A stretch of DNA of 64,000 nucleotides from Octopus bimaculoides. Its lineage: Eukaryota. Where the stretch lies: NCBI RefSeq assembly GCF_001194135.2, contig NC_068987.1, positions 104,811,200 to 104,875,199 on the forward strand, in the 5' to 3' direction. The position numbers and the translations under genes were made by a program. A model generated the notes under the pieces. The model was not told where the DNA came from and did no database searches. It saw only the letters and a program-made list of their open reading frames with translations. Below, one piece after another: positions 1 to 13,549 of the stretch. Numbering within the stretch: position 1 is the stretch's first letter; each line of letters starts with the position of its first letter.

Positions 1-1520
1 TCAAGTAGTGGTGTTGAATTATATTTTTACAATATATTCTAAGTCTAAATAGAATGAGAACAAAAGATGAAGAAGTAGAAGAACATTATTACTCTGAGAT
101 GTCAATAAAATAAAAATTAACAGTGGTGTCTATAAGACAATAGTCTCATCCAGAAGCATAACATTCAGGCCTTTTAAAAGCAGGACAAAATTGAATTATG
201 CTTCAATGATGTATGAAAATGCAAGCATCCAGTGGTCCAGTGATATCATTCATAGCCCGATGATGTATTTTTCTCACACATTATCTACAAGAAGAATTTT
301 TCTCTCAAGGCAATTTTTGAAGCTTATGTTTTTCCATGTCCAAGTGTATAGACATGTGTCAAATATAATTGTAAAAACCTATATTTCACTCAACACTGAT
401 CAGTGCACTTCTAATTAATTAATTCCAGCTTGGCAAAGCTTTGTGCACATCACTGTGCAATGAACTGTTTACTGTTCTGATATAAGTGCAAAAAGTTCTT
501 GGTCAATATGAATGACTTGATATCCATGGCTGACAATGTACAATAACACAGAAATACATGCATACTATGGTCTGGGATGTCATTCATAGCTCAATGGTGT
601 GTTTTCCACATATTATTTACCAGGAGAACTTTTTTCTCTCAAAACAATTTCTGCAGCACATGTCTTTCCTTCTCTGAGTATACATATCTCACGGTGGTGC
701 ACCAGCATAACCGCAGCCACTTGGCTGAAACACATAAATATATAAATAAATATCTATCAAATGTGTTGTGAGCCAACAGGGAAATCTTTATGCTGTCATT
801 GCACCTCATAGAAATCACAACTAAATCATCCTCAAATCCCACTCTAAACGTTTTGTTAAAAGACACATTGGAAAATTGAGTCTTAGATATACTGTGTTTG
901 ATTAAAAGATTTGATAATCAAGGCTGGTGTACCTTTGACCATGAGTCTAAGGCCACAACACGTATGATATGAAGTCATCCAGTGCAAGATCTTTATAAGA
1001 AATCAGTAGAAAATTATCCACTAACTGTATGCTGTGGCCACCAAGCCAGAACAAAATTCATGGTTGCCACTTGAATAGTGTTGTGAAATAAAACTTTTGA
1101 TTAGTTCAAATATGTTTGGGATATATTTGACCTATAAGAAGTTCATTTTCATTGAAGTTGGTCATGGAGAAAAAATTCTCACTTTAGGCAAAAACTGTAA
1201 AACGCCATCATTTCAGAGTGTCCACTATGGTCTAGTATAAGCATCTTGAGCTTTTTATTCTCACAGCAGTGTTAGATACCAACTGTGCTTTTGTGTCTGT
1301 ATTTGTATCACTACTACTTGACAACCAGTATTGGTTTGTTCATGTTCATGTCCCAATGGCTGATGGAATGAGTACCAAACTTTAGAATGAGCACTGCAGA
1401 CAGTTTGTTCAATAAAAATTCTTCAAGGCACTAGAATGACTGAAACTAGAAAAAGATTAAAAAAACAACTAGGGAAGGTAATTTCATTTAGCCGATCAAG
1501 CTTATCCTTGCTATGTTTAA

Positions 1521-1746
1521 CCCTTTCAACCCGGAATTTTTTCTCAATATATTTTCTTGAATTGGTAAAGGTGGGTGGGGTTTGTACATATGTGAAACTT
1601 TTGAGCTGTCATTATAGTGTCGTACACTCCAATCATACATCTGGCGCTACATACTTACCAGAAAAACTGGAGTGGTACTATACTGCATCACATAGAATGG
1701 GAATTTTAAAGATTTGGGTTGTAAAATTTTTGCAAGACTGAAAGGG
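1521..1746. mobile_element. piggyBac-like MITE
   Basis: TTAA-CCCTTTCA ... TGAAAGGG-TTAA (TTAA at 1517-1520 and 1747-1750). Confidence 0.65.
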
Positions 1747-2399
1747 TTAAAGAGTATTGTAATATGGTCATTCTGGTGCACAAGCAATGAAGCATATACT
1801 AAAGTTTACTATGTTCATGTTCAGATAGCCTGACATTAACTATCATGTTCAGCTATGCTTTTTCAATCATTCAACAGAAGCTGTGTACTTTGCTCATTTT
1901 TCCTAATATCCAGGTTATGCCATTATACTATATTAAAGAAAAAAAAACTTTAAAGAGAATTTAAGCCTAACCTGAACTTCAAATCTTCAATTTTGAGAGG
2001 AGCAATGCTCACCTTGCTGTAGGCTCTGAAAGCAGCCTCGTCCCCCTTTGTTTCTCATAGGCCCTGTCTAAATCTAATCTGTGCTAACATGGTGCTAAAT
2101 AACAGCTATTACTATAGACTCTAAAAGTGGAACATATCTGTCTACTGCATAGGTTGTAGCATTGACTCCATTATTGAGATTATATGTATAATGCCAGAGA
2201 ATGTCATGTACTTGTTGCACAAAGATATATATTTCACCTGTGCTAAAGTGTACCATAGACATCCCATCCAGCTCTCATCATATGCCCATAAATTTGTCTA
2301 CTGTATTATGAAGTGCCAAAAACATACCAATGTCCATTTAGGGAGGTAATAGCTAAAAGTAATGCTGAGTCAATGACATTGAATATATTTTATAACCAT

Positions 2400-2900
2400 T
2401 GAAAGAAAGAGAACGGTGTGAGGTGGAGTAAGAGTAAAAGTGAGAAAGAAAGGAACAGTATGAGGCAGGGAAAAGTAGAGGTAGGAGGTCAGTAGAAAGA
2501 AAAACTGTAGGTGAAGTAAAATTAACCGTCTTTAAGATGAGGTGGGGGGGAAAGTGTATAAATTAACACCAGGAAAGGAGTGTTCAGTGATATTATGAAA
2601 GTGGATGCTAGGAAGGATGGGAGTTGTAATATAAGGGTAATAAGAGAAGGAATGGTCTGAGGTAACAGAAAGGGAATTTATGCTGTGACAGACGAGACTG
2701 CATAGTGAAAACAGAAGAAATGTGCCGCAACAGGCAGCTACAGGATGGCTATTTTGAGATAATGAATGAAAGGTGAGGATGTGCAGCAATGACTATGAGA
2801 TGGAGAGGGGAAAGGTAAAGTAAAAGATCTAACGAGAAGTGATGAAAAAATATCAGAGAAATACATAATAGAAATAAAAAAAATATTCACTAGAAACTAT
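2400..2900 (-). mobile_element. Possible ancient Penelope-like RT C-terminal remnant
   Basis: Strongly purine-skewed plus strand; minus ORF SHPVAACC...FSYYPYITTPILPSIHFHNITEHSFPGVNLYTFPP loosely resembles the SxHP...LTYHP..I..II..NF...IFP.PP region of Penelope ORFs. Confidence 0.3.
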
Positions 2901-3591
2901 TAAGATCTTGTGAAATTTGATCTTAGAGAAACTGAAGGTAGGTCTGGCATGAAACTATTGTTTAGAGACACCCAACATTCCCTTCAACAGAAAGCTTCTG
3001 ATAGGCTAGGTACAACATTGGTACCAAGCCAACAAGAGTACCTGTATGTGGGTGTACTACTTGCTAGAACTAGTAATCAAATTTCCCTCAACACACACAT
3101 GACCATCATCTTAAAAAGAAGTTAGAAGGATGCATTACAAAATAAAGTTCTTGATACTTTCATTAGCAGTTTGGCAAAAGAAACTGACAGAATAAATCCC
3201 AGGCTTGAAAGAATAATTCCTGGGATCGATTTGTTTGACTAAAATTCTTCAATGTGGTGCTCCAGCATGGCCATGGTCTAATGATGACTGAACCAAATAA
3301 AGGATTAAAGGGTACCTCTAAAAGGACCAAATGGTCACAAACAGAATGATTCTCCTCATAAGTCTGCTAGATCATGGCCAGGGGTTAAACTGCACCAGCA
3401 ACCATACAGGTGTTAGAATATAATACATAGATCATGAAAAGGCTAACACACACACACACTGGTAACAGCCTGTGGAAGGTTTACCTTTTTTTAATTTGTT
3501 TCTTGTTTTTGTTATTGCCTTTTGTGTTTAATTGTCAGAGCATATGATGCCATGTCTAGCAATTTCTTGGAGAGTGATCTGTGTTATTGCA

Positions 3592-3639
<48 letters not shown>

Positions 3640-3650
3640 ATAAACACTAG

Positions 3651-4073
3651 TATTCTATTATTTGGTTCAGTCATTTGACTGCGGCCATGCTGGAGCACCG
3701 CCTTTAGTCAAGCAAATCGCCCCCAGGACTTATTCTTTGTAAGCCTAGTACTTATTCTATCTGTCTCTTTTGCCGAACCGCAAAGTTACGGGGACATAAA
3801 CATACCAGCATCAGTTGTCAAGTGATGTTGTGGGGACAAACACAGACACACAAACATATACTTACATATATCATCATCATCATCATCGTTTAACGTCCGC
3901 TTTCCATGCTTGCATGGGTTGGACGATTTGACTGAGGACTGGTGGACCAGAATGCAACACCAGGCTCCAATCTGATTTGGCAGCCTGGTGTCGCCTCCTG
4001 GTCCACCAGTCCTCAGTCAAATCGTCCAACCCATGCTANNNNNNNNNNCCGCTTTCCATGCTTGCATGGGTTG

Positions 4074-4104
<31 letters not shown>

Positions 4105-4266
4105 CGATGGGCTTCTTTCAGTTTCCGTCTACCAAATCCACTCACAAAGCTTTGGTCGGCCCGTGGCTATAGTAGAAGACACTTGCCCAAGGTGCCAGGC
4201 AGTGGGACTGAACCCAGAACCCTGTGGTTGGTAAGCAAGCTTATTACCACGCAGCCACGCCTGCGC
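3651..4266 (-). mobile_element. SINE family A, full-length, interrupted by RTE 3' tail sequence
   Basis: tRNA-like head GGCGCAGGCGTGGCTGCGTGGTAA...GGTTCAGTCCC at about 4100-4266 and tail ...GACTGAACCAAATAATAGA at about 3651-3870. The same bipartite consensus recurs more than 20 times in the window. Confidence 0.85.
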
Positions 4267-4396
4267 CTATATATACAAATAGATCATATATGTGTGTGTA
4301 TGTGCATATGTGTGTGTGTGTATGTGCATATGTGTGTGTGTGTATGTGCATATGTGTGTGTGTGTATGTGCATTATGTATGTAAATATACATATAT

Positions 4397-4719
4397 CATC
4401 ATCATCATATAACGTCTGTTGTCCATGCTGGCATGGGTTGGACGGTTTGACCAGGGCTGGTAAGCTGAGGGGCTGCACCAAACTTTAGTCTGATTTGGCA
4501 CAGTTTCTACAGCTGGATGCCCTTCCTAACATTAACCACTCTGAGAGTATAATGGGTGCTTTTTCGTGCCACCAGCAAGGGTGCCAGTTTGCATGACACC
4601 AGTATCTGCCACAACTATGATTTCATTTGGCTTGATGGGGCTTCTTCTCAAGCATAGCATATTGCCAAAGATCTTGGTCATTTGTCATTGCATCTGTGAG
4701 GACCAGTGCTCAAAAGGTG

Positions 4720-4720
<1 letters not shown>
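4397..4720 (-). mobile_element. RTE LINE 3' UTR/tail
   Basis: Ends in (GAT)n on the minus strand after ...CCAACCCATGCCAGCATGGA...GACGTT. Related tails at about 6420-6575(+), 10861-11380(+; EAMTTDRDLWKCAVREKTRQAK*), 18830-18960(+), 24050-24290(-), 48400-48570(+). Confidence 0.7.
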
Positions 4721-4756
<36 letters not shown>

Positions 4757-6214
4757 AATTAGAAGACATGTTAACCTCATGAAGGGATGTTTTGAAGCAA
4801 TACAATTTATCAGAAGTTTTCGACTCAGTATCCAGTTTAACAGTCCACTCCTATATTCTTGCTGCATTATAACCATATTCCCCAGATAAGAACAGACTAG
4901 ATAATGAAAATAATTACAAAACAAAATGTTATTTCGAATGCATTTAACATGTACATTTGAAGCAGTTATGTAAAATGACCATTACATAACATTCTCATCA
5001 GTCAACATTTCAAAATATAAAGATGTATAAAAATTTGCCCTATAAATAGCAGCCCTCTGGACAGTGTTACAAAATCTGCCAAAAAGCAAGGAAGAGGGGA
5101 TAAAAGAGAAAAAAGATAGAGAAAGAAAGAGGAAGGGAGAGATATAGAAAGTGAGGAGGAAGGTGAACAAATAAATGAGAAAATAGGTAAATAAATAATT
5201 ACACAGGCAATAAAACCTCAATCACAAAGCTAAACGAGGAAAAGACAAAAGAAAAGTAAAAAAGATATAAAAAAGGAAGAACAGGCACAGGTAAAAATTA
5301 GGCACCAGAAGAGAGGTGACAATATAAAGAAGAGGGCACCATATATAAGATCTACTTACTGATAAAAATTAAAGAAAAATAACACACACACGTTTGCAAT
5401 CTCATACATATACCTACCATAATATATTTGATGGCCACGTATATAGAAAACAGAGAGGAGGGAGGGAAAAGAAAGCCAGAGGATTTCCACAAAGTATAAC
5501 TTTAAACATACTAAGATGAGTAGAATAACAAGGCATGTTAACAGAGAATTCAAAATAATTTAAAGTAAATATAGATAAGAACTACAAAATATAAGATTGA
5601 ATAAAATAAAATAATGTAATATAAGATAAGATGAGGCAAAGGATAGAGATAAAAAGTATATTGTGGAATGATGTGAAGTGAGATTTTGAACGATATGATT
5701 TAGAAAATATTTATTTAGGATATAATATGATGAAATCCACATTAATGTGTAAGCAACATAGTTATGAAGTAACTATTCAATGTATAAGTCTGAGAGAGTC
5801 CGATAAGAAAAAAAAGTATTTTATACTAGGAATATTTAATGTGAAAGAAGTCTATGTGAACAGTTGTGCTTAGTAGAGGTATCCTAAATATGCTGAATCC
5901 ACTGACTCAAGAATGAAACTTGCTTAGGAAGTTCAAACTCAGGTTCAAAATATTTTACAAACAAGGTTTTGTTTTTTTTATTATTTATTTTTGTTCTTAG
6001 TTTTTTGAGAAGAAACCTAACTCCAAGCTACCTTTTACAGATCACTCTTTACACAATGTTTTCTAAATCTGAGAAAGAAAGAACTCAAATTTTGATTTTG
6101 CACCCAAAAAAGTTTTAGGATGTGCACATGCACCTCCTGTTCTTGGGCCAATAGTTGAATCCTCATCAGTTTTCAGAAACAAAGTAATTTGGTCTTTGAT
6201 CATGTTAATGTTTT

Positions 6215-6290
6215 GGATTAGATGTTCAAGGGATTAGATGTTCAAGGGATTAGATGTTCAAGGGATTAGATGTTCAAGGGATTAGATGTT
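6215..6290. repeat. 16-bp minisatellite (GGATTAGATGTTCAAG) x4.75
   Basis: Perfect tandem copies. Confidence 0.95.
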
Positions 6291-7176
6291 AATTGTGTAA
6301 GAGATACTGTGAGTCTGAGGAAAACAATAGCCAGGAAAGCTTCTCAAACCATCTAATATACAATAAAGGACATAGATTTTAAAGTATTAAATATAAATAT
6401 GAAATATACCATATATAGGCATTAATAAGAGCATCCAACCATAGAAAGCATGCCAAAGCTGACATAGGTACAATGCAGCCCAAGGCTTGCCAGACCCTAC
6501 CATACCACCCAACCCATGTCAGCATGGAAAATAAATGTTAAATGGTGATGATGATGATGATGATGATAATGATGATGTCACCCCAACAATTCAGTGCATG
6601 ACAGTGCAGTGCTGACAATTCAGAGCTGACAATTCTGCACATGCCAATTAAGTGCGAGAATAATTCAGCACATCTTTGCCATTTTGAAGTTTTCTATCTA
6701 AATGATAGCAAAATCCATTTAATAAAATCTGTTCGTGCTTTTTCTCTGATAAAATCCACTCCATAGGGCTTGTTTTTTTTATTTTCAAATTAGTAAAATG
6801 TTTGTAACCAAGTGGAATCCTAAAAAGGAAAAAACTACCATCCTAGGTTTGAAAAATAATAGTAATGAAATGGTATACTTGTATAATTAGAAAAAGGGTT
6901 TTGGAGGCTATCTAAAACATTAACACTTATTCATGAAGTTAAAAAGTTTAGAAAATTTCAAAACAAAATAAATTAAATTTCATATACACATAAACACAAT
7001 GCACTGAAGTGTCACATGTGGAATTGTTGGTGTTGAATTTTCAGGTGCAGAATTGTTACTTCACGATGATATATATATTGTTGTGGTCATAAGAATTTCT
7101 AAACTTTCAACAGAACATGAAATAATTCTATTTTTGGAATAGTGAGTCTCAAAGCAGATGATAAGGCTATAAATAA

Positions 7177-7223
<47 letters not shown>

Positions 7224-7404
7224 TATATATATACACACACACACGCACACACGCACACACAACAAAATTTTATATAGAGCTACCCAAGGTTTCACACGCA
7301 CAAGGCACAAAACCTTGGGTAACTCTATATAAAATTTTGTTGTAATAATTACTGATCTATTTTTTACAGTGTGCTTCTCTCTGATATGTTTCTTTATTAA
7401 CTAT

Positions 7405-7470
<66 letters not shown>

Positions 7471-7859
7471 ATATATATATAATAAATTAGATTGCAATAT
7501 TTCATAAAAGTACATCTGACTATTTATGTTCATTTTCAAAGGAATCGGGGAAATGGTATTTTCCTGGGATATAGGTGGAAGCTGATGAAGAATGAGCAAC
7601 TAGTGATGGAAAATTTGCCTTAAATTTTGGCTGACCTATTCAACCATGAGAAAGCATATATTGAGAAGATGATGGTGGTGGTGGTCTACATTATTTAAGC
7701 TACCCACATAACAAATCAATGTACACAATATGAGAATCATATGTAATGTACAGAGTCTGCAACTTGACAATAATATTCTTAACCAGTTGGACACCTTCAT
7801 GATGTTTTGATAATTATGTTGTTTTGTCAAAGTTCTTTTATTTATAAATAAACATTATG

Positions 7860-7920
<61 letters not shown>

Positions 7921-8202
7921 TATAGCAAGAGAGAGAGAGAGATATATATATATGTATATATAGATATATCGCTGATGTCATAAGAATTTTGAAATTTCAA
8001 GAGAACATAAAATAATGTTGTCTTCAACTTTTTCTATCAAAAGGTTTTAACTCAATATTTACTTGCAATTATTTATAGCTTTATCTGCTTCATGTTTCAT
8101 CATTCCCAAAAAGAATATATATATGTATATATATATATATATATATAATGTGTGTGTGTGTGTTTGTGCATGTATCTTCCTCTGTGTGTGTGTATATATA
8201 TA

Positions 8203-9180
8203 TCTCTTAGGTCCTCTTGCACCATGTGGTGTATTGGGCAGCAAGGCTTCTCCAATGTGGTCAGTTGGCCTTGGTGATTTCAATGGCCTTGAGGTCATCG
8301 ATAAAGGTGTGGTGCCAAGTCACCTTTGATTGCCCTTGTTTTCTCTTGACATGCAGTGGCTTCCCCAGAATGGCAGTTTTCACATGCCATGATGGATGAT
8401 AGTAATCAGAGGACATGGCCTGCGAATTGCAAGCAGCACACAGTGACATCATGGAGTGGATGAGTATCAGTTCGGTGATGTATCTCATCGTTGGTGATGT
8501 GTTGCTGGTATGATATTCGCAGTATTTGCCGGAGGCATCTTGGCTGAAATACATTGAGCCTTCACACGATCTTTGCCAATGTCTTCCATGTTTCCGCCAC
8601 ATACATGACCGATGGTATGACGATGCTGTTGGAGAGGTGCCCTTTGATCTTGGTGGAGATCGCCCTGCCTGTCCAGATGGGTTTGAGTATTTGAAAGACA
8701 GCTGAGGCCTTCCCAATCCAGCCGGCAAGGACACGTCTGGCATCACCGTCGTTGGCAACAATGCTGCCCAAATAGGTGAACTCAACAACTTCCTTGATTT
8801 GATGCTGTCCAGTCATCAAGGCGATGCCATTGTTGTTCCCATCGACATATCCAATCTTCATGATCTTTGTCTTGTTTGCACTTATGCGGAGTCCAATCTT
8901 GGCCACCTCCCGTTCCAATCTCTCTGTCATTGTGTGAATGACATTCTTCATTGCTCTGAGGAGTACGATGTCATTGGCAAAGTCAAAGTCAGTTAGACGC
9001 CCCGACCCACACCACAAAATCCCAAATCCACATTGGCACCATAAGAAATAGAAGGGATAGAATGAACCTCGCTGTACACTGGTCTCAATCACAAAGTAGT
9101 TGGTGTAGCCCATCTCATTTCAAACATAGCACCTAGACTCACAGCAAAGGCTCCAGGAATGCCAAAGTCATGAGCAATGC
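8203..9180 (-). mobile_element. RTE-clade LINE 3' fragment (degenerate reverse transcriptase C-terminal half)
   Basis: ORFs 8562-9113 and the continuing frame give DFDFANDIVLL, GLRISANKTKIM, FTYLGSIV, IGKASAVF..LKPIW, VIPSVMYVAETW; frameshifted, with stops. Confidence 0.85.
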
Positions 9181-9870
9181 ACCACAACAAACATTATCAT
9201 TGTTTACATTTTAACAGCCACTTTTCCATACTGTTATTACTGCACTCTTCTTAATCCTTGATTGTCTCATCTGTTTCACATCATATAACCAGCTTACCAA
9301 TGCAGCCACCTCTCTTCTATGTATCTGCTAATCCTTTTAATACGTAGATGGCCACCCTCTCCCTCTCTCTCTTTCATACACACAAACTGAAGTTTTGTCA
9401 CTGAATATGTACATACGACATCAGCATTATGAATCTTGGAACATTCCCACCAAAACTTCTACCATACACAAGAATAAAGCCTTATGTAGATTTCTGAAAC
9501 AGAAAAGAAAACCTATGTGCAGCCATGGGGACCAGCTGCCTTACAAATGTGAACATTTCTTCAATTATCAATAAAAAGAGAAAATATTTACAGAAAATTA
9601 TTTCAAAGGATACTGCTTCTCTACCCAGACTATAAATCCAGATCTATACCTATAATTATTTATGTGCATGGTTTAGCAAATAGCATACATTTATGAAAAA
9701 GTAAAAATCTCAAAAGATTAGGACTTTCAAGCTATGAAAGTAACTAACACTCTTTATAAAAACAATCTGTAAAGCATTTATCAATTCGTTTTGCAAGTTT
9801 CCTGATGTAAAGTCGTATGTTGAAACAGATATTGTTGTATTTTGGGATGGTCATTTTTTTCTTTTTTTTG

Positions 9871-10268
9871 TGTGTGGTAAGTAGCTTCTCACCAATTACA
9901 TGGTCCCAGGTTCAGTCCCACTGCATGGCACCTTGGGCAAGAGTCTTCTACTATAGCCTCGGGCCAACCAAAGCCTTGTGAGTGGATTTGGTAGATGGAA
10001 ACTGGAAGAAGCCCGTTGTATATGTATATATATATATATATTTATATATGCATGTGTGTGTATTTGCTTGTGTGTCAGTTTGTTCCCCCAGCATTGCTTG
10101 ACAACTGATGCTGGTGTGTTTGCGTCCCCTGTAACTTAGTGGTTTGGCAAAAGAGACCGATAAAATAAGTACTAGGCTTACAAAGAATAAGCTCTGGGGT
10201 CGATTTGCTCGACTATAAAGGTGGTGCTCCAGCATGACTGCAGTCAAATGACTGAAACAAGTAAAAGA
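9871..10268 (+). mobile_element. SINE family A, full-length
   Basis: Head (GGTTCAGTCCCACTGC..GGCACCTTGGGCAAG), central TA/TG microsatellite, tail ending GACTGAAACAAGTAAAAGA. Further copies at about 11868-12225(-), 20880-21290(-), 21720-21960(+), 24590-24800(-), 26420-26585(-), 39955-40515(-), 51283-51530(-), 52520-52750(+), 58995-59185(+). Confidence 0.85.
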
Positions 10269-10830
10269 GTAAATAAACACACACACACTATATATTTTAG
10301 TTTATTACTGTTCTTATTTTATTATTATTATAACATGTCCATTGTCCAGAAACCTTTTGTCACACATCTGTGACCTCTTCAGTGGTACTTTTCATTTTCA
10401 TGTGTGTTCTTGCTCCACTTACTCCATTCTGCTCTTCTAAGATGAGTATCCTTATATGCGCTTGTGTCCATGTGTGTGTGTGTGCATGTGTGTGTGCTTG
10501 TGTGTATCATAGTTTTCAGCTTAACAGTAAAAATATGCATGTTCTAAAATTTCAGAGGTTTTGTAAAGTTCAACAGGTCAAACTCGTAACTTTTGTAGTT
10601 CAATTACCAGCAACGTTGCTTTTGTTTCTTTCACAGAAATTAATTCCTTCCTTGTAGGAAAAATTCAGGAAATTCAGGTTATGTATAGTCATACAAAATA
10701 TATATTTTTTTCTTTTATTCTTTTAATTGTTTCAGTCATTTGACTGTGGTGCCATGTGTCATGCAGTGGGACTGAACTCAGAACCATGTGGTTGAGAAGC
10801 AAGCTTCTTACCACACAGCCACTCCTGTGC

Positions 10831-10874
<44 letters not shown>

Positions 10875-13021
10875 CGATGACTACTGACCGAGACCTTTGG
10901 AAATGTGCTGTGCGTGAGAAGACCCGGCAAGCCAAGTGAGATCGTTGCCAGTGCCCCTGGACTGGCTCTTGTGTGGGTGGCACATAAGATGCACCATTTT
11001 GAGCGTGGCCGTTGCCAGTACTGCCTGACTGGCCTTCGTNNNNNNNNNNNNNNNNNNNNNNNNNNNNNNNNNNNNNNNNNNNNNNNNNNNNNNNNNNNNN
11101 NNNNNNNNNNNNNNNNNNNNNNNNNNNNNNNNNNNNNNNNNNNNNNNNNNNNNNNNNNNNNNNNNNNNNNNNNNNNNNNNNNNNNNNNNNNNNNNNNNNN
11201 NNNNNNNNNNNNNNNNNNNNNNNNNNNNNNNNNNNNNNNNNNNNNNNNNNNNNNNNNNNNNNNNCAAATTTAGATTGGAGCCTGGTGTTGCCATCCGGTT
11301 TCACCAGTCCTCAGTCAAATCGTCCAACCCATGCTAGCATGGAAAGCGGACGTTAAACGATGACGATGACGATGATGATATATAAACACATTACTATATC
11401 CGCACACAAACACACCCACATATATTTATAATCAACATCATCACTAGCACCCCTACTATCATCACAATTTATTCTAATATTTGTTTGTTTTTTTCCACTT
11501 CATGATGGTTTGGCTGAGTTTTCAATACAGTGTATCTTTTCTTATTTCTATGTTATCTAATCTATAAGACCAAACATTCTCAGATTCCACTCTATTTAAA
11601 ACTTCCAGAATCTTCCTCATTCTACACCTGCCTTGGATGAGAAATCTCTGATCTACATCTGCTCTCTCTTTTATATTACTTGACATTGCCTTTTCAAGTG
11701 AAAATTCGTTATCCATTCACATTAGAGGGTCATATAAACATTGGAAACATAATTGTCTCTCTACTACATACATCTCTTCACGACAAATATTCCAGCATCA
11801 TCCATTTGCACCCCAGTTTCAGTGGCCTTTTAATTGTCTTATGTATTTCTTTGCTTCTAATATTCTTCTCTTTTACTTGTTTCAGTCATTTGACTGCAGC
11901 CAGACTGGAGCACTGCATTTAGTCAAACAAATCAGGACTTAGTCTTTGTAAGCCTAGTACTTATTTCATCAGTCTTTTTCGCCGAACTGCTAAGTTACAG
12001 GGACATAAACACACCAACATCAGTTGTCAAGCGATGGTTTTTTGAGGAGTACAAATACAGAAATACACACAAATACACACACACACATATATATATGTAC
12101 GACAGGCTTCTTTCAGTTTCCATCTACCAAATCCACTCTAAAGGCTTTGGTCGACCCAAGGCTATAGAAGAAGACACTTGCCCAAGGTGCCATGTGGTTG
12201 GGAAGCAAGCTTCTTAACACACGGCCATATTGTGAATAATCTCTTGGTACTTTCATAATTGCAGGCAAGTTCAAGCATCCAGTCATTAGCATTCTCTTAT
12301 TATCATAGTCATTATCATTATTATTATTATTATTAAGGCAGTAAGCTAGTAGAATCGTTAGCATGTTCAGCAATATGCTTAGCCGCATTTCATCCATTTT
12401 TACATTCTATTCAGAGTTCAAATTCTGCCAAGGTCAACTTTGCTTTTCATCCTTTTGGGGGTCAATAAAATAAGTACCAGTTGAGAACTGAGCGGGGGGT
12501 GGGGGGCAATGTGATTGACTTACCCCACTCCTTCAAAATTGCTGGCCTTGTACCAACATTTTTAATCTTTATTATAATTATTATTATTATTATTAAGGCA
12601 GCAAGCTGGCTGATTCATCAGCACACTGGACGAAATGTTCAGCGGCATTTCGTCCACTCTTTTCTGATTCAAATTCCGCTNNNNNNNNNNNNNNNNNNNN
12701 NNNNNNNNNNNNNNNNNNNNNNNNNNNNNNNNNNNNNNNNNNNNNNNNNNNNNNNNNNNNNNNNNNNNNNNNNNNNNNNNNNNNNNNNNNNNNNNNNNNN
12801 NNNNNNNNNNNNNNNNNNNNNNNNNNNNNNNNNNNNNNNNNNNNNNNNNNNNNNNNNNNNNNNNNNNNNNNNNNNNNNNNNNNNNNNNNNNNNNNNNNNN
12901 NNNNNNNNNNNNNNNNNNNNNNNNNNNNNNNNNNNNNNNNNNNNNNNNNNNNNNNNNNNNNNNNNNNNNNNNNNNNNNNNNNNNNNNNNNNNNNNNTTAT
13001 TATTATTATTATTATTATTAT

Positions 13022-13549
13022 TGAGTGAGAGAGCAGTACATGCCATCAAAGTGACACTGGGGTAAAATATACGAAGCCCAATATACCCATCATGACTACC
13101 CGTCTGATAAGGGTACACCAGACACATGCACCACAACCATATGTGCGTGACATGGTGATCCCATATCAAGATAAACAGCGCATGACCTCGCAGGAGGGGC
13201 CCAGTTAGAATCTTCTTCAGGTCGAGTAGCCCATCCCGCTCAAAAGGTCTTTGTTTAAGGATGTTGAACAAAACACCCATGTTTCCAAGGGTGAATTATT
13301 CAAACCGCAAATAATTCCTCTCAACACATGGCTATGATGCTCCCCAACTACTTCTCATGATCAGAGATGCACATATCATCAGCCACTAAGGGACATGCTC
13401 AACTGGTTAAGGTCAAAAATTGACAAGCAAATCTGTGGTATTAAGCAGAATATTTGCTGCAGCCCATCTTTTATACCAAGACAAACCAATGTACTTCCAA
13501 TCAGTTAAGATCAGAAGCTATGAGAGCCACTGCCTGGTACTACATCCAG

